Assembly (NCBI RefSeq): GCF_018350175.1
Contig: NC_058369.1
Location: 25,112,001 to 25,176,000, forward strand
Direction of reading: 5' to 3'
DNA length: 64,000 nt
DNA from: Felis catus
Taxonomy: Eukaryota
In this document: positions 35,270 through 48,638 of the stretch, piece by piece
Layout: each line of letters starts with the position of its first letter
Position numbering within the stretch: position 1 is the first letter of the stretch
Position numbers and translations under genes: made by a program
Notes under the pieces: generated by a model
The model's input: only the letters and a program-made list of their open reading frames with translations
Databases searched by the model: none
What the model was told of the DNA's origin: nothing

Positions 35270-37990
35270 GAGTAAAATTTCTTAGCATAGAATTTTCTTG
35301 TTTCAACCTGGTCTCAATTTGAGACTGTACTAGAGGGAAGCCTAAAAAAATATCAGTTGAAGCTAAAATTGGACATTTGAAGTTTTTCTGATTAAATTAT
35401 AATGAAGCTTTCAGGGCTGACCTAAGAGCTCTGAGGACCTCTTTAGTTCAGGAATTGAGGATCTGTTTAAAATGGAAATAGGTTACCAGGGCCGGGTAAC
35501 ATATTAATACCTACCAATCATTAACTCCCACACATGACTAGAAGTAATTCATCAGCTGACCTAGCAATGGGCAAGAGCTGGGTGAGTGTTGAATGAGAGG
35601 ACAGGGGAACGCGGGCACCAGTACCTCTAGGAACAGATCTGTGGGAGCACCTTTTGTCTTTGTCATTGTTTCTAACCCCCATTCTGTGCATCTAGGAACT
35701 GCGGCTCCCCAGTTAAGGAAGAGACTCTTGAATGGTATCACCACCTTCCCCACACCCACCCTGACCCCAGGGAGTCGGCAGAGACCGCCACCACCATTTC
35801 TACACCCATTGTGCTCAGAGCCTTCCTCCCTGACCCATCCCCCTGTCTTAGCTCCCCCTGCACACTGTGACCACCAAGGAGCTGTTAAATCTCAAATACA
35901 GTCTTTCCCTCTTCATCCCTGCATCCCATTTCAAATCTTTGAAAGGCTCTCTATCTCTTAGAAAATAAAATCCAAGACAAAAAGTATAGCTAAATAGACT
36001 AAACACTACATTCGCCCCACCTGACTTACCCTTGGACCTATTTCCTGGGATCTCGACCCTAGAACCCCTATATCATGCATCCAGCCTTACAGAAGGATGC
36101 CCCCCAACTGCACCAACAACATCCAGGCCTGCAGTGCTTGGTTCTCTCTAACCAGCTGAGCCTCTGGAGACTCAGCCTCATGCCACCCTTTCTGAGAAGG
36201 CTTCCTGACACCGAGGACCTCCCTAAGGAAACACCACTCCCCCTTTGGCCCCCCAACTCTCAGTTCAGTTCATCTACATGCCCTGTGGGGAGTTCCTTCA
36301 GGGTCCACGTTTGGTCATTTCTGCCCTAGAAGGAACAGAAGAGAATTGGCCTCAGGGATGGGGCTGGGAGCACTAGCTTCTTGGAAGGGGCCGCTATCAA
36401 GAGGAAGAGCAGCTCATGGTGGGTGGGAAGAGACATCAAAAATAAATTCTGCCCCCCGACAGCTTAGCAGCGGGCTTGTCTGAGCAAGAAGGACTGGGCA
36501 AGAGTGGGGTCTGGCAGCCTCTCCATAAACAGGGCTGACTCCGCACAGAGCCTACCCAGGGCAGGTTGTCACAGGAACTCAGAGGAGCTGTTCGGAGGGG
36601 CTTTTTCCACATCCACATCCACATCCGCATTTGCCCTACTCAACAGAGAGGGACAGCCCAGTAGAAAAATGAGCAGCCCCAGCAAGAGATGGGGAAGAAG
36701 GGATAAATGATCCCAGTGTCCCCTCTGCACCCCTCACCGCCTTGCCCTGCCTTGTCGCTCCTCTTGCAATTATAAGGAAACCCAAAGGGTTTTATATTTT
36801 CACTACTCCAGCTCTAACTCTAGAATTCCTGGAGGATGCTTGTACCTTGTAAAACATTTCAAAAAGTCATGCTCCTTACAACTTGTATGCAGTTGTAAGC
36901 AATGGTGCATGCAAGCTCTTCTGGACTCTGTTTTCCTCATTTGCAAAATGAGGAGGGCAAGACTTAATTACCTTCGATGCCCTGAGTCTACAATGTATGG
37001 TGTAGAGTGTAGTTTTTAGGGCTCTTGAGTTATTTATGCAAATGCCAAATCAGTAACATCACAAAATGCTGCTCTATTTCCAGTGCCAAATTTTTGCAGT
37101 CAGCCAAGGCTTCCTGCACACAGACAATTGAAAAACAACCTCCCCTTTATTCAACCCATAGAACCACACAAAAGAAAAGGGGCCAAACATTCTCTGCACA
37201 AAAAAAAAAAAAAACCCAAACCAGTAAAATCAAACAAGAGGCCCTCCATTCAATCATGTGGTAAGGCTGTTACTTGGTAACAGTACTACTCAATATTTAC
37301 AAATATTTACAAACATTAATACTCATTAAATGTGACCAGGAAGGTGGCTTAGCTCCTTCTCTCCCTGTCATCCTGGCTTTTTTTCTTTCCCTCCCTGCAG
37401 CCAAAAGCAACACTGGCTGGACCCTGGTTCACTTCTCTGCTTTCCTTGCTGCGGGCTGCCTGGAGCAGAGACCGCATCCAGGGCTCTGTGGGGCCATAAG
37501 CTCCTTCGTGGCCTTAGCTGTCCACTGGGGGAGCCACAGCCAAGCCCTCAGGCCACACCCTGAGGCCCAGAGATCTTACAGGCTTTCCTCAAGTTGTCTT
37601 TCCCGAATATCAGCAGAAAGCTGGGCAGCCACGCCTGTGGATTTTCTTGGTTTGGCTTTTAACTCACACCGTTTCAAGGAACAGCCGATTCAAACACAAC
37701 TTGCCTTCATCTTTTTCTCTTCATTGTGGGAAGTGACCATTTGAGGATCCAGAGGAAGTTATGTCCATGTGTTTATGCCCACAAGAACAGAGTCCTATCC
37801 TTAGCAGACACCATGAAACAGACCCATGGATACAGTTACGCACGTTGGTCAGGGGCCTCATGATATATATGTACATCCATATGGGGGGGGGGAGGGATTC
37901 TCATCAAGCTTTATTATTAGGAAATCCTTAGGACTGACTTCTTGATTTTCTACAAGTAGTGCTTTGCATTAGCTCAGCCAAAGAGAACCG

Positions 37991-38178
37991 TTCTTTAAAA
38001 AAAAAAAAAAAAAAAGTTCATTTATTTTGAGAGAGAGAGGATCTCAAACAGGCTCTGCCCTGTCAGTGTAGAGCACAATGACACGGGGCTCAAACCTCAA
38101 ACTCACTAACCATGAGATCATGACCTGAGCCAAAATCAAGAGTCGGACGCTTAACTGACTGAGCCACCCAGGTGCCCC
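37991..38178 (-). mobile_element. Can-SINE
   Basis: tttattttgagagag...gagatcatgacctgagcc...tgagccacccaggtgcccc. Confidence 0.93.
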
Positions 38179-38454
38179 TAATCAAGTCTTTTAACCAAAG
38201 ACATTTAACTTATCACAAATCATGCTTGCCTACTCATCAAATCAATTACTTTGAGAAATACTACTAAATAACACACTAATTCCAAAAATAACCTCCATGC
38301 AACAGGAAGAAATATTTTCAGATCATACTGCTTTTCCTCCACTTAATTAAAAAGAACAAGTCTTTATTGAAGGAAACAACATACACGTAAACAACAAGGA
38401 AGAGATCACTACGTGTGGTATATTTAATACATAGTGAACAAGTCCTGTTCTGCT

Positions 38455-38690
38455 CCATAAGCTTGAACCCCAACTCTGCCACGCACTAGCTGTGTGGCCT
38501 TGGGCAAATGACTTAACTGCTCTGAGTCTTTGCTTTCTTGGCCACAAAAGGAGATTAATAAGTGGCATCTGTATCATAAACTGGTTGTGAGGTGTCAGTG
38601 AAAAATTCCTGCCAAATGTTTAGCCCAGTGCCTGGTCTATGGTAAGGGTTTGAAAAAGGTTAGCTCTTGTGATTGTGAATGCTATTATTA
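38455..38690 (+). mobile_element. MIR
   Basis: ctagctgtgtggccttgggcaaatgacttaac...ggttgtgagg...cagtgcctgg. Confidence 0.8.
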
Positions 38691-38989
38691 CCCATCTACA
38701 CAGAGCTTCCCATATAACTTTAGGAATGACTTCTCGGTATTTCACATACACTCTTGCAAAGGCCAGTTTGCCTTTGTAAATCTTGCCTCAGCAGATTTAC
38801 AGTAAAGTCAAAGGGGGTCTCTTCAAGGGGACCCCGTCACACACAATTATATATGCAGCAGGCCCCACAAAACCTGGACCTTTCCCTGATCACAGGTAAC
38901 AACTGATGCTCACTGTACATGCCTCCCTGGAAACATCCCTCCCTACTTTCTCCCTTTTGAATATGATGCTGATCACTCCTGATCAGTAT

Positions 38990-39320
38990 TTTTTCCTTAC
39001 TAGGTAACTGGAAGCAACAGTGTTTCTGTGTGTAAACTTTATAGAAGTGGAATCATACTACGTTCTACTTTACCTTCTGCAATTTCCTATTTGATATTTT
39101 ATATGTTTGAGATCCATCCATGTTGACACATGCAGGTCATAACTGCTTTATATACTTAATTGGATGGATATAAGAGCAGTGTATTTGTGCATTTTCCCAC
39201 TGATGGATATCTAGGGTGTTCACACTTTGTTGCCATTACAAACTATGTTGTAATAAACACACAGCCATTTTTGTTTAGATCTCCTTGGGGAACTGCACCG
39301 GCCAGAGTTTCTCTAGGGAA
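38990..39320 (-). mobile_element. Old L1ME-like fragment
   Basis: gtggaatcatac...tttgagatccatccatgttg...ctgatggatatctagggtgtt. Confidence 0.75.
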
Positions 39321-40157
39321 TCACGACAGATGGCTGATGCATCCTTTTGTCCTTACTAACAGAATCCAACATGTTGCAGTTAAACATTCTCACCTTCCGA
39401 GACCTCCCTGCAGCTATGGAAGGACACATGCCTCAGTTCTGGTCAAAGATGTAGAGAGAAATCCACTGAGGATTCCCGAAAGCCTTCGCTTCCCTGCTTT
39501 AGTGCTGGCCCATCCTTCTCCGTCCTCCCCTGCTGGAACATGGGCATGAGGGCAGGAGATGAGCAGTCATGGTGGGAACATAAGGACAAAAGCCCCACCA
39601 AGGGAATAGCAAAGTGAAAAAAGACTTGAACTGTAGCCAATTGGATTATTTAGGTGCTACGTTAACCTCTTCCTACCCTCAGCATTACTTATGTATCATT
39701 CTACAAAGGAATAGAAAATTATTTCCTCACAAAAGATGCATTAGTCTTATAGACTTATCTTGTGTCTTAAAACTCAAAGTGAGATTCTTAAATGAAAATA
39801 TATATATATTTTTTTAATATAATGTATATATTTAGTTGAATATAATGACAAGACTTTTCGGTCTTAAGCGTCAATAGTCAGAACAGCCAAACTGGAAAAT
39901 AGAACATGTATCCAAACACTTTCTGAGTGCTAACTAAGAATAAGAGACTAACGGTGATAACTGCAAATACTCAAAATGTACTTACTATGTGCCACGCACT
40001 CTTCTAAGCCTTCACGTCTATCATTCAAAGTCTCAGAAGGAGAAATACTATTATCAGATGAGAAGATGTGAGAAATGCCAACTAGCTTGCCAATATCACA
40101 AAGCTGGTGAGTGTAGAGCTGAGGCTTGTGAGTCTAGCATTACAGGGAATGTGTCTG

Positions 40158-40642
40158 TGCAGGAGGCTAAAAAAATGGCCCCCAAAAGATGCTCATATCC
40201 TAATTCCCAAAACCTGTGAATGTGTTACCTTGCATGGCAAAAGGAACTTTGCAGATGTGATGAAGTTAAGGATCCTTGAGGCAGGGAGATTAGCTTGGAC
40301 TATCCAGGTGGGCCTGACATAATCACCGGGGGCCCCTAAGAGGGAGACTGGAGGGTCAGGGAGACTGGAGGGTCATAACAGAAGTAGGAGATCTGAGGGT
40401 AGAGACACAGGGAAGGGACTATAATCCAAGGAAAGTAGGAAGCCTCCAGAAACTAGAAAAGGCAAAGAAACAGATTCTCCCCCAGAGCCTCCAGAAGCAG
40501 CCAGTCACTGAAACCTTGACGTTAGCCCATTGAAGCTGATTTTAGACTTTGGACCTCTAGAACTGTAAAACAATAAATGCGTGTTGTTTGAAACCACTAA
40601 GTCTGCAGTCATGTGTTATAGCAGACACGGGAAACAAACACA
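40158..40642 (+). mobile_element. MLT1C/D-like MaLR solo LTR (internal 17-bp tandem duplication at 40341-40374)
   Basis: aatggcccccaaaagatg...aacctgtgaatgtgttacct...gattctcccccagagcctccagaag...aataaatgcgtgttgtttgaaaccactaag...ca. Confidence 0.92.
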
Positions 40643-41727
40643 GCTGATGACTCTGACCCACACATGCACACACACACACACACACCCCTAGCTAGTCCTT
40701 ACCCTCAAGAAGTTCATCCATCCACAGAGGGAGACAGACAAGCCACCACCTGCTCTTAAGACTAGATGGAATAAGAGTCACAGAACCCTGACCCTGACCA
40801 AAGTGCTATGGGAACTGGGGGCAAGTGTTTGGTTCACACCTGCAGGCCCCTGACCATCCCATAAAAATGTCCTTGTCATCTACAACTGGTTACAAAACCC
40901 AGGGAGATAATGACAGTCTGGAGCTGCTTACTAACGGACTTGTCAGAGGACTCATTTTCTCATGGATCCACCCTGATAATGTTTCCACATTCGTAAGAGA
41001 TGAAAACTTGGCAAGGGAAAGGCAACACCCTCCAAGCTTCCTTCCTGGAACCCTCCAGTTGCTTGTCTGGATCTACCACAGGGTCTTCCTTCCACTCCCT
41101 TCAGTTGGGCTCCTGGTGCTGTCAGACGGCTGATGCCTGACATTTCCTCTTTCTCTGGCCAAGGTCAAGCACATACACCAACTACTCTCATGTGAGAGCC
41201 AGCATCATCTCCGATCCACAGATCCCCTTTCAAGTAACCGCCTCCTGCGTGCACCAACTCTCCACAACATCCTCCCCCACCCAGTCCAAGCACCTGTGGG
41301 TTCACCATGCACCTAAGCTAATAGTGCGATCCACGCAATTCCTGAGATAAATGGGGGTGCAAAGAAGGAAGGGGTCACCATCTTTATAAGATGTCTTCTT
41401 AAAATCCACAAAGGAGTCCAGCCCTTCCTAAAATGCAGACCATAGAAAGCCAAAATTTTAAGCTATAATGTTGGGGAAAAGAGAGTCCACTTCTGCTGAG
41501 TGCCTTCGGAACTCGGGAGATGGGAAAATGCAGAAGTAACTAAAGAGCAATGACAGTGCGTATCTATTAAGCACTTCATCTTGATTACTGTAACAATCCT
41601 ACATCGTGGGTAGTAATATCAACTCCATTTGACAGATGAGGAAATTGAGGCATGACCACAGAGAGGAAGCAGCAGAGAAGAATGAGGGTCCAGGGAAGCA
41701 AACACCACCTTAAACAGTGAAAGTACC

Positions 41728-41769
41728 TGCCACCTGAGTGCCACCTGAGTGCCACCTGAGTGCTACCTG
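41728..41769. repeat. 11-bp tandem repeat (tgccacctgag) x about 3.8
   Basis: Three perfect units plus a diverged partial unit. Confidence 0.95.
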
Positions 41770-44744
41770 TCCCCACCTTCATAACAGTCAAATGAGATGA
41801 CAAGGGCAGAAGGAGCATTCCCAATGAGAAGTGTGTTTATTGTACAACAGAAAAGCCTCAGCATGAATCAGAGTCACAGGAAAGCCCCCTAATCAATGCA
41901 ACATCCCAATAGCTGGAGAGTCTGTCCCTCCTGTCCCATCAGCTCTGTCTACAGACCTTATCCATCCATGTCTAGCAGCTAAGCGTAAAGATTTGGAGCT
42001 GCAAATCCTTAAAGGAATGAGGGCATCACTCCACAAGGCTCCGCTCCCTAATATGTAAAAGGCAGAGAATAATGTTAGTACTGTGCCCAGCACAAGGCCT
42101 GCTTCTCATAGCGTAACTTGGCACATAAACAGAAGACTGTGGAATAAAAATAACCTCTTGGACTTACTTGCCAAACATTTTCTAGTGTGCAAAATGCTTT
42201 ACATGTATCATCTCGTTTGGGATAAATTTCTGGTTAGGACATCACAACACACATCAGGAGAGACAAATGCACAACATATAGCCTTGATATACAATCAATA
42301 ATTAGCTTACCTGTAACACTGTATGTCAATAAAGGCCAAGGACCCCGATAACTGTAAATAAGGTCATCCCTAGCACCAGGTGCACAGCTGGCACTTAATA
42401 AATGCTGAATGAATCCCGAATAAATAGGTACCACTTTTAATAAGATCCACCACTTTCCTTGCTGCCTTGAGCCACACAAAGCAAGTGTATATATAGAAAC
42501 CACCCCAGGCACACAGTCAAGTAACGTGAGAGCAAATCACTGAGAAGCCCAGCTATGTCCACACCTGCCGGGGGAACTCCCAGCTGTTGGTGTCAAGGAC
42601 CAATGTGAAGCGCCACACGGACAAGACAGATTTCACTTGTTTTTAAACACACCATCAAAGTGGCTAATGGCTTCCCACAAAGAAACCCCACACCTTCAGC
42701 CAAGAGACAAGGAACTCATTAGGCAGACTTGCATCCTCCAGTCCCCATTGTCAACAGGCACCATCCAGGCCATCAGAAAACAGCTCCCAGGAGCCCACAT
42801 GCTGACAGGCGGCATCCGGGGACGATCAGATTTCTATCAGTAATGACACATGGCGTTTCTCTCTGGCTCCAATTCAGGATGCCACTCCACCCCCACCAGG
42901 CAGCTCTCAGCCTTTAATACTTCCTGAACAATCATGCCTTTAAGAAAACGGTCATATATCGGTGGCACACAACATCGCCAACTCAGTCACAAATTCAGTG
43001 TACTATCTGCCCTGGACAGCCCTCAAATGTGGTCACGATTTCTCATGCTCCCTTGCTCTCAAGGAGATGCCCACAAACGCATCTCAGCACCAGCCAACAT
43101 CTGCCCCATACCATGAACACCACGAGAATCTTCCTTCTGACATTCAGAGAATAATCCTCCCTGGCTGAGTTTTCCCTTAGCTTCATGGCACCACCCTGCT
43201 TAGGACACTCTAAGTTCAAAACCACTGACCCAAATCCTGGTGATTCCGTTGACACAAAGTCATAAGTTAGGATAATGGTCCACCCCTCCCCCACCCCATG
43301 GCCAGAACCACAGAAAAGGATTCTGGGGAATCGGTCATGCTGTGTTTCCTGATCTCAACACAAAGTTGTGTTCTGTGTGTGAAAACCCAGACGGTGGTAT
43401 GGTTATTTACAACCTCTTCTCATGTATGTTATTCATCTATAAAAAGTTAATAAATAAACTGTTGATTCACATGAATTCTGTTTGTTCTGGAACTTTAGAG
43501 ATTGGAGGTGGGGGGTCAATTACGCCATACTTCAGCCACATAAATCACAGACTTTCTTTCTCAACAGCCTGAAAAACCAGTTGTTCCTGCTGTTGAGAGT
43601 CACAGATCACACTGGTTTCAGAAACCCTTCTAATAGCCCCAAAGGAACAGCGGCCACAAAATAGCTGCCACTGCACATGCCTCCTGCTGAGCCTGAGTTA
43701 GAACCAGTTTTGTTTATTCCAAGGTTGGGTTTGGGAAGTGACCACTTGGTCTTCCAGATGAAAACAGGCAGGCAGCACTGCCTGCAGAAACTCCTCTATT
43801 TTTAAAACAGCCTGGTTGGTCACAGGGGATGGATGCTTTGACTGTAACACACATTGTTTTTGAAATCAGAGGCCAGGCCAGCAGCGCCCACCCAGCCCTC
43901 CACATTTACCTCCTCGCTTAGCCTCTTCCTCGCTGGCCAGGGACGGGTGTGTTCCAGGAACGTTGCTGCTCATGAGTCACCCTCCTGGGCCCTGACAGCT
44001 GCTCCTGGATCCTGATCAATTTTCTTCAAGAGACTGGCTGTGGTGTTTGGGGTTCACGCTGCAGTAACTTGCAAAAATAAAACTCCTCTCCTTTTTATGA
44101 GCCGACTGAACAGAACACGAGTACATGAGTCTCTGGCAATGTGTCCCCCTCCCCCTGGCCTCCTGCATAACAGGAAACGTTCAGTTCTGAGCCCCTTGGT
44201 CAGATACTCATTTGGCCACACCAACCAGCTAACAAATGCAAATTTCTCATCACCTTATCCCAGCAGGGCTGCTCTTCTGGGCAGCTGAGGTTTGAGGTCA
44301 CAGTCCAGGGGCAGCCTGGTCTTTCCTAGCCAAAGGACAAGGCTGACTTGGCCTGACATCATGGGGATTATCCTAGCCTGCTTTGTGCAAGCTAAGATTT
44401 CCAAAATATTTTCAACTGTATAGATTCTTGGGCAGAAAGTTCTGTTGAACCACACTGGATGTACTTTCCTAGAACAGATCAAACTTCAGCAAAATTAAAT
44501 CCATGCACTTTTCAGTATGATGAATCTGAGGAGGTGGCCCTGCCAAGAACAGCCTCTTCCGGATACGTGCAAGCATCCCGGAGTCAACTGAGAATGGAGA
44601 CCAGGTTCATGCTTCCTGGGGCCCCTCTCTCCTGCCTCCACAGCAGAGTTTGGATGACCCTGACACCTGCAATAAAACTCCATCCAACAGCCCTCCTGGA
44701 AGCCAAAAAGAAACACACTGTCTGGGTAAAACTGAGTTGCGGGG

Positions 44745-44870
44745 AGAAGGCCTGTGATAGGAGCCCCAGAGACCTGGATTCAAATCCAGCTTTGGACTCA
44801 TAGATAAGCCACTTCTCTCTGGACCTCAGTTTCCTCATCTGCAAACCCCAAAGGCACAAGTACAGCATTT
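44745..44870 (+). mobile_element. MIR
   Basis: agacctggattcaaatcc...ctctggacctcagtttcctcatctgcaaa. Confidence 0.8.
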
Positions 44871-44877
44871 CTCAACT

Positions 44878-45220
44878 CCCTTGCAAGCTGGTGGCTTTTC
44901 AATTCCAGCCCAGAGATGTGGTTTAAAGTGTTTTTTTTTTGTTTTTGTTTGTTTGTTTGTTTGTTTGTTTGTTTGTTTGTTTTACCAATCAGTTGCAAAC
45001 ATTTCAAAGTCTGGAGTACTTTCATGAGAATTTGGAGATTTTACATTAAGATCCCGATTTCTGGATTCTCTTGGGAAATCAGCAGATCTGGTCACAGTGG
45101 GCCCGCATTCCCAGTAGGAGGCAAGAAATGGAAGGAGGAAAAAGTGCCCCAGACTGGGAACAAACCACCCACACTGCTGCTTTCACTGTCATCACTGGCC
45201 ATCCTGTGAAGTTTGGGACT
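44878..45220. mobile_element. MER102-like hAT-Charlie remnant containing (TTTG)n
   Basis: gatttctggattctcttgggaaatcagcagatctggtcacagtgggcccgcattccca. Confidence 0.6.
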
Positions 45221-45454
45221 GCTGTCATAAGTCTGGCTTATTTTCTTTCCCATTAACATATTGCTTAACTTTTTCACTTTTCATTTCAGCTGGAATACTC
45301 ATGAATAAATTCTGAAGTCAAAATATTTCACAAATAATCAGTGCAGATAATCTGTTACGTGGAAATCCACAAAGCTGGAGGCCTGTGCCCCAGCCTGCCA
45401 GCAATTCCGACATGATCATCCAGGGACCCAGAATTGGTTTAAAAGTCCGCCCCA

Positions 45455-45665
45455 GGGGCACCTGGGTGGCTCAGTTGGTTAAGCGTCCGACTTCGGCTCA
45501 GGTCATGATCTCCCGGTCTGTGAGTTCAAGCCGTGTCAGGCTCTGTGCTGACAGCTCAAGGCCTGGAGCCTGTTTCAGATTCTGTGTCTCCCTCTCTCTG
45601 ACCCTCCCCCGTTCATGCTCTGTCTCTCTGTGTCTCAAAAATAAATAAACGTTAAAAAACATATT
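45455..45665 (+). mobile_element. SINEC_Fc-like SINE
   Basis: Full head and tail; TSD aaaagtccg(c/t)ccc(a/g) at 45441-45454 and 45666-45679. Confidence 0.96.
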
Positions 45666-46109
45666 AAAAGTCCGTCCCGGACCCTCTGACCTTTGTGGAC
45701 AGTCTCGACCAAACCCCTACCTCTCATCCAGGTCCCTCAGCCCCTCAGCCAGGGACACGTTTGGGAGCCGGGACAGTGAGGTCAGAGGCAGGCGGGTTTC
45801 TGAGGAGGTCAGAACCACATCTGCATTTTGTCATCCTTCTGGACAGCCCAGCATGTGCAGGGCTGCCTGTGAGCCCGCCAAGTCGCTGGAGGAGACGAAA
45901 CAACAAGCAAGCCACGTTGCAGCGAGAAGAGAGTAAGCGAGTGCACGGAGAAGAGTCTCAGCCAGCTCAGGCGTGTCCCCATGATGCAGGGCAGGTAGCG
46001 GGGATGGGCCTTTGTGCCACATGTCTTCAAAGGCAACACCTGAGCCAAGAGGTGCAGGAATGGAAACTGTTCTCAAACCAGTCTCGTCTCATTGGTAACA
46101 ATGACAACG

Positions 46110-46330
46110 TAATGACAGTGCCAGTGACAATAGCAGCAGCATACCAGCTAAAACTTAGTGAGCTCTGACTCTGTGCCAGGTGCTGGTGTTGTTATGATCA
46201 TCATTCCTACTTTAGAGGAGAGGAAACTGAGGCCCGCAGAGGCTACAAACTGGAATAAGATCTCCAGGCAGCACGTGGTAGCATGGAGACCAGATCCCAG
46301 GCAGCTGCCTTCTGAGCCCAGCTTCTGCTC
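46110..46330 (-). mobile_element. MIR
   Basis: tgtgccagg...tttagaggagaggaaactgaggccc. Confidence 0.65.
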
Positions 46331-46447
46331 ACAGGGCTCTCTACTGCCTCATCCAATGTGCAGGCATCACAGCACAGGGCCCTCGTGTTCAGGATTCAGT
46401 GACACATGCTCCTTTCCATACTGTCTTACATTAAAAATCACAGCGGA

Positions 46448-46639
46448 GGGGCTCCTGGGTGACTCAGTCTGTTAAGCGTTCAACTCTTGATTTTGGCTCA
46501 GGTCATGATCTCACGGTTCATGGGGTCAAGTGCTGCGTTGGGCTCTGCGCTGACAGTGCAGGGCCTGCTTGGGATTCTCTCTCTGCCACTCCCCTGCTCA
46601 CATTTTCTCTCTCTCTCTTTATCTCAAAATAAACATTAA
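46448..46639 (+). mobile_element. Can-SINE
   Basis: ggggctcctgggtgactcagtc head; degenerate TSD aaaatcacagcgga/gaaaccacagtgga. Confidence 0.93.
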
Positions 46640-46756
46640 GGAAACCACAGTGGAATTTATCTGAATGTGCCCTCCTTGCTCTGTAATAACTATGTACATT
46701 GATATCGAAATACACAAGTCACTGTGCAGGACTATACACACAAAACCATGCATGCT

Positions 46757-46970
46757 GGGGCGCCTGGGTGGCTCAGTCGGTTAGGCGTCCGACTTCGGCT
46801 CAGGTCATGATCTCGCGGTCTGTGGGTTCGAGCCCCGCGTCGGGCTCTGTGCTGACAGCTCAGAGCCTGGAGCCTGTTTCAGATTCTGTCTTTCTCTGAC
46901 CCTCCCCTGTTCATGCTCTCTCTCTCTCTGTCTCAAAAATAAATAAATGTTAAAAAAAATTAAAAAAAAA
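46757..46970 (+). mobile_element. Young SINEC_Fc-like SINE
   Basis: CpG-rich body; TSD aaaa(c/a)catgcatgct at 46742-46756 and 46969-46983. Confidence 0.97.
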
Positions 46971-47779
46971 AAACATGCATGCTATTCTTTATGCGTGGTT
47001 TGGAGAATTTTTAAGATTAATTTTGGCCATTTGCAACCTATACCTTACTCCCCAGCTTTAGGTGTGCAAGGTACCCCATTTGCCTTTGGCCCCACTCATA
47101 GTAAAGTGTCTGTTCCCTCAGAGCCCTGACTCCCAAGAACCACAACAATCCGTTAGGAGCAAAGGACTCCAGCGTTTGTGAAAAGGCCTAAGGGAAGGGT
47201 TCTCTTGAAGAACAGATATGGGTTATTTTACAAAATAGACCTTAATTCCAAGGAAGAGATGTTTGGGCCCTCACTCACTACTCTTAATTTACACAAACTC
47301 CACTAAACTCAGGAAGAAAAGATTAGAAGCAGCAAAATTTGAGCAAAAGAGGAGGGTACTAACAGATGACGCTGGATCTCCAGGAAGGTGACCAAAGGGA
47401 AATTTCAAAGCAGGATTTAGCACCAGGGACAAGGTTTCTGTTCCCGTCCCTGGTCACGGGGCACATCGCTACAAGCAGGTGCCATCATAAACTTGCAAGC
47501 TGGCAACATAGAAAGTCGAGGAGGAAAAGCAAAACTGGGGTCGGTGTGCCCTATTTAATAAAGCAGGGAGGCGTGCAGCCTAATGAAGAAATAGAAGCAC
47601 AGCTGAACAAATGGCCTTTAGGCATCAGGAGGTAGTTAAACCACCTATAACTTACATGGACATACTGGTTCTGAGCACAAGCTCTCAAACAAGAAGTTCA
47701 CTTTTCCTGCCCCAAAAGGGAACTCCCTGAAGACCCCCCATCTGGACACACTAAGGACAGCAGTTCACATCTGATACTG

Positions 47780-48019
47780 AGGCGCTCTCAACCCCACCCA
47801 CCCGCAGGCAATAGTGCCTCCTCCATTGCCCCCAGGCGACATTCAGCAGTGTGTGGAGACATTTTTGGATGTCACAAGTTGGGGGAAGGTGTATTGGTGG
47901 CATCTAGGGGGTACAGGCTAAAAATGCCACTAAACGCCCTACAATGCACAGACCAGCCCCCACAACAAAGAATTACTGCCCTGCCCACAAAGATAGTCAT
48001 GTCAAGGCTGAGAAATCTA
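47780..48019. mobile_element. MER20 hAT-Charlie MITE
   Basis: tggagacatttttggatgtcacaa...ggcatctag...cctacaatgcacag...ccccacaacaaagaatta...aggctgagaaa. Confidence 0.88.
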
Positions 48020-48569
48020 GATCTAAACCAAAGCAAAGTGGGCAGTGAGGGTTTGACCTCAAAATGAAAGGTCTCCCAACACTATCGTGAATTTACCTTG
48101 TGTGACCTTGGACTTTGGTTTCCTCACCTGCACAACAGAATGATCCTGAGAGGGCTCTGCTGGTCTCAATGAGACCTGGTTTTGGCAAGTGCTTTGTCAG
48201 TCATAGGTCTTGCTCTGTCATTGTCCCCACTCAAGGTTTGCAAAAGCCTCTGATTGGCACTGAGGCTAAAGGAGATGGGGTGGAAAGAAGTGGGGTCTGG
48301 CTAGGTGGAGGGGGGTGATGTCTCAGAGTAGCTGGTGAGCACAGATTGCCCCTGGGTCCTGCATGGACCCACTGAGGATGTGACTCCCTTGTGGAGTGTG
48401 TTGTCCCTTGTGACACAATGTCCCTTGTGACAGTGTGTTCTAAGGGAACTCAATGGGCTTGGGACATCACTGCTCCCATCAAGCTATGCCAGGATAGATG
48501 GGATTGATGATGGTCACAGAGCAACAGCTCCACAACCTGCCTCACAACCCAGAACTGCTACAATCCCTA

Positions 48570-48638
48570 CAACAACACAACCACAACCATAATAATAACA
48601 ATCATAATAATAATAATGATAACAACAACAACAATAAT
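48570..48638. repeat. (AAC/AAT)n low-complexity tract at a MIR tail
   Basis: Direct reading; followed by aacatctattgagcactta. Confidence 0.8.

Noticed and set aside
42305..42420. Strong minus-strand donor CAG|gtaagc at 42311/42310
   Set aside because: The upstream sequence is L2-like, the nearest ATG frame hits a stop, and I found no convincing acceptor.
48402..48432. 14-bp direct repeat tgtcccttgtgaca, and similar micro-duplications (40341-40374, about 59203-59237)
   Set aside because: Ordinary slippage duplications within or near old repeats; no functional signal.
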